A stretch of 64,000 nucleotides of DNA from Erysipelotrichaceae bacterium. GTDB taxonomy: Bacteria; Bacillota_I; Bacilli_A; RFN20; CAG-826. The position numbers and the translations under genes are program-made. The notes under the pieces are model-generated. The model was not told the DNA's origin and made no database searches. It was given only the letters and a program-made list of their open reading frames with translations. Positions 61,988 to 64,000 of the stretch are shown piece after piece (within the stretch, counting starts at the first letter, position 1; every line of letters begins with the position of its first letter). The DNA is taken from positions 219,694 through 283,693 of the forward strand of contig JAYFOJ010000002.1 in NCBI GenBank assembly GCA_034932745.1. The letters are read 5' to 3'.

Positions 61988-62984
61988 CTTTCTTTTCTTT
62001 CTTCTTTTTCTCTTCGCTTATTTTTTTAGCAATTGGAGTTTGATGGTCTAAGAATCCTTCGCCAAAAACAGCATTGGTGCTAGTGTAAGTAACAAATGCT
62101 TTTGGATCGACACTAGCGATAAATTCTTTTATTTGAATGTATTCACTTCTCGATAATACACTTCTTAAAATAACTCTTTTACGACCAGTGAAAGCACCTG
62201 TGATGTCGATTAATGTAACGCCTCTATCCATTTCTTCGGTTATGTATTTCGAAATTTCTTCCCAATTATCCGAAATGGCTTCCATGATAAAAGCGTTTTG
62301 ATTGCGGCTATAGACAAATTCAATTACTAAGGCGGTAACAAAAGCACAGATGATTCCGCATAAACAGTTGACTACAAAATTAGGGAAATCGAGGATAAAA
62401 ATACCGGCAACAATAATAGCGGCATCGATTACAAAACTACCAATCGACACATTTACTCCTGCATATTTCTTTAAGAGAATAGCAAGAACATCGAGTCCTC
62501 CAGTAGATCCTTTACCGACAAAAGTAATAGCGACCCCTAGTCCAATTGTTAGACCGCCAAAGATAGCGTCGAGAATTAAATCACCAGTCGTTAAGCCGAT
62601 TTCGGTATGCAAAATAGATACAGCTTTGGCTAAATCGACAAATACATCAACGCGATAAAATATTGAGTAAAAAAGCGGATATAATATTGACGCTAACAAG
62701 GTTTTTATAGCAAAGTCTTTGCCCAGAGTAAAAAGAGAGAGCAGCCACAACAAACCAGTGATTATCCAAATTGCGATATCGACGATATTACCAAGGTTTG
62801 GAAACGATTTCTGAATAATAAAACTTATGCCACTAATGCCGCCAGCGACAATTGTATTCTGTGTTAAAAATATTGCTGTACCAAAAGCTAGGAGCAAAGA
62901 TCCGGCGACGATAAGAAAAATATGATAAGCATAACGACCTATTTCTTTTTTTGTCATCGGCTTTTTATTATTTACTTTTTCCAT
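61977..62984 (-). CDS. YitT-family membrane protein (DUF161 plus DUF2179)
   Basis: 335 aa; same architecture as 39726..40649. Overlaps uvrB (11 nt) and prfB (17 nt), so it is part of the operon. Confidence 0.65.
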   Translation of the reverse strand: MEKVNNKKPMTKKEIGRYAYHIFLIVAGSLLLAFGTAIFLTQNTIVAGGISGISFIIQKSFPNLGNIVDIAIWIITGLLWLLSLFTLGKDFAIKTLLASILYPLFYSIFYRVDVFVDLAKAVSILHTEIGLTTGDLILDAIFGGLTIGLGVAITFVGKGSTGGLDVLAILLKKYAGVNVSIGSFVIDAAIIVAGIFILDFPNFVVNCLCGIICAFVTALVIEFVYSRNQNAFIMEAISDNWEEISKYITEEMDRGVTLIDITGAFTGRKRVILRSVLSRSEYIQIKEFIASVDPKAFVTYTSTNAVFGEGFLDHQTPIAKKISEEKKKKEKKDGK

Positions 62985-64000
62985 TTTTCTTCGCCTCCAT
63001 TTCTAGAAATGAATATACAAATCCATCTATTTCTCCATTCATAACGGACTGGACATCTGATGTTTCATAATCTGTTCTGTTATCTTTTACGAGTGTGTAA
63101 GGACAGAAAACATAAGACCTAATTTGACTTCCCCACTCAATGTTTTTTTGTTCACCAATAATGTTTTTGAGTTCGCTATCTCTTCTTTCTAATTCGAGTT
63201 GATATAGTCGTGACTTTAGCATCTGCATTGCTGTTTCTTTATTTAAAAGTTGGCTTCGTTCGATTTGACAACTAACAACGATCCCAGTCGGAAGATGGGT
63301 AATTCTCACCGCAGACTCAACTTTGTTGACGTTTTGTCCACCAGCGCCACCACTACGATATGTGTCGACTTTTAAGTCTATATCATTAATTTTAACATCT
63401 ATTTCGCCTTTAAACTCAGGAACTACGTTCACCGAGGCAAAAGATGTGTGTCTTCTTTTGTTAGAATCAAATGGTGAAATTCTTACTAAACGGTGAACAC
63501 CTTTTTCGCCTTTTAAAAGTCCATAAGCGTTTTTACCAGTTACTTTCACAGTAACGGATTTTAAACCCGCTTCTTCTCCATATTGATAATCGACAACAAT
63601 AAATTTGAGTCGATGAAGATCCGCGAAACGAGAATACATTCTAAGGAGCATATCTGCCCAATCTTGTGCTTCGGTTCCACCGGCGCCAGGGTGAATATCC
63701 ATTAAGGCATTTAATGAGTCGAATTTACCAGCGAATAAAATCGAAATACGAAAATCTTTAGCCTCTTTTACTAAAGCTAAATATTGTTCTTCAATTTGTG
63801 CTAAAAGAGAATCGTCGCCGAGTTCGATTAACTCTGTTAAATTCTTGCAATCATCCAATATAGAATGGAAAGTTTGAACGATTTCTTTTCGATAATTTAA
63901 CTCGCCAATAATTTCCATGGCCTTATTGTTATCGAGCCAAAAATCGGTTGCCTGAGATTGCTGTTCAAACTCTAATGCTTCTTTTTCTAATTTTGGAATG
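62968..64000 (-). CDS. prfB: Peptide chain release factor 2, 5'-truncated by the window edge
   Basis: GGQ motif [26 protein letters not shown] and the SPF region. The reading frame stays open upstream of the ORF-track Met through position 64000 (..[33 protein letters not shown]..), so the N-terminus and any programmed +1 frameshift site lie outside the window. Confidence 0.85.
   Translation of the reverse strand, partial: IPKLEKEALEFEQQSQATDFWLDNNKAMEIIGELNYRKEIVQTFHSILDDCKNLTELIELGDDSLLAQIEEQYLALVKEAKDFRISILFAGKFDSLNALMDIHPGAGGTEAQDWADMLLRMYSRFADLHRLKFIVVDYQYGEEAGLKSVTVKVTGKNAYGLLKGEKGVHRLVRISPFDSNKRRHTSFASVNVVPEFKGEIDVKINDIDLKVDTYRSGGAGGQNVNKVESAVRITHLPTGIVVSCQIERSQLLNKETAMQMLKSRLYQLELERRDSELKNIIGEQKNIEWGSQIRSYVFCPYTLVKDNRTDYETSDVQSVMNGEIDGFVYSFLEMEAKKNGKSK

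Noticed and set aside
62968-64000. Programmed +1 frameshift site of prfB
   Set aside because: The RF2 reading frame is open to the window edge. The N-terminal ~25 codons where the CTT TGA C shift site normally lies are outside the window, so nothing can be said.

Overview
AT-rich (~30 % GC) bacterial chromosome segment read with the standard genetic code. Conserved genes are full-length with TGA acting as stop. Gene content looks low-GC Firmicutes/Mollicutes-like (many lipoproteins, no cell-wall genes seen, V-type ATPase, SipW-type signal peptidase); an Acholeplasma-/Erysipelotrichia-like origin is a low-confidence guess. The window contains, in order: the 3' half of the S10 ribosomal-protein operon (rplX to rpsJ, minus strand) with K/A/E-rich extensions on L22, L23, S17 and L3. 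A queuosine cluster (queH-queA-tgt-queT). prs, a small kinase-like protein, a HExxH lipoprotein protease, a PLC-like protein, an MFS transporter and a GT2 glycosyltransferase. A 1050-aa membrane-anchored Endonuclease-I/Big_2 surface nuclease. A heterodimeric ABC exporter pair. Two Ser-rich lipoprotein paralogs. fba. An unusual AcnX(large+small)/OYE-type enoate-reductase operon with a divergent XRE regulator. An anaerobic RNR nrdD carrying a C-terminal glutaredoxin/NrdH-like domain directly followed by trxB, with nrdG convergent. A dCMP-deaminase/folD/ThyX-like cluster in which the ThyX-like protein lacks the canonical RHR..S motif. A GNAT-ATP-grasp fusion. Two YitT/DUF161 paralogs. A complete nine-gene V/A-type ATPase operon ending in a SipW-like signal peptidase. 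A TM-anchored HNH protein next to tRNA-Ala(CGC) and rmuC. An ECF sigma/anti-sigma pair. An M29 aminopeptidase. A lipoprotein family with one clearly frameshifted member. secG-uvrB-YitT-prfB (prfB runs off the window edge). No CRISPR array, transposase or IS element was recognised.
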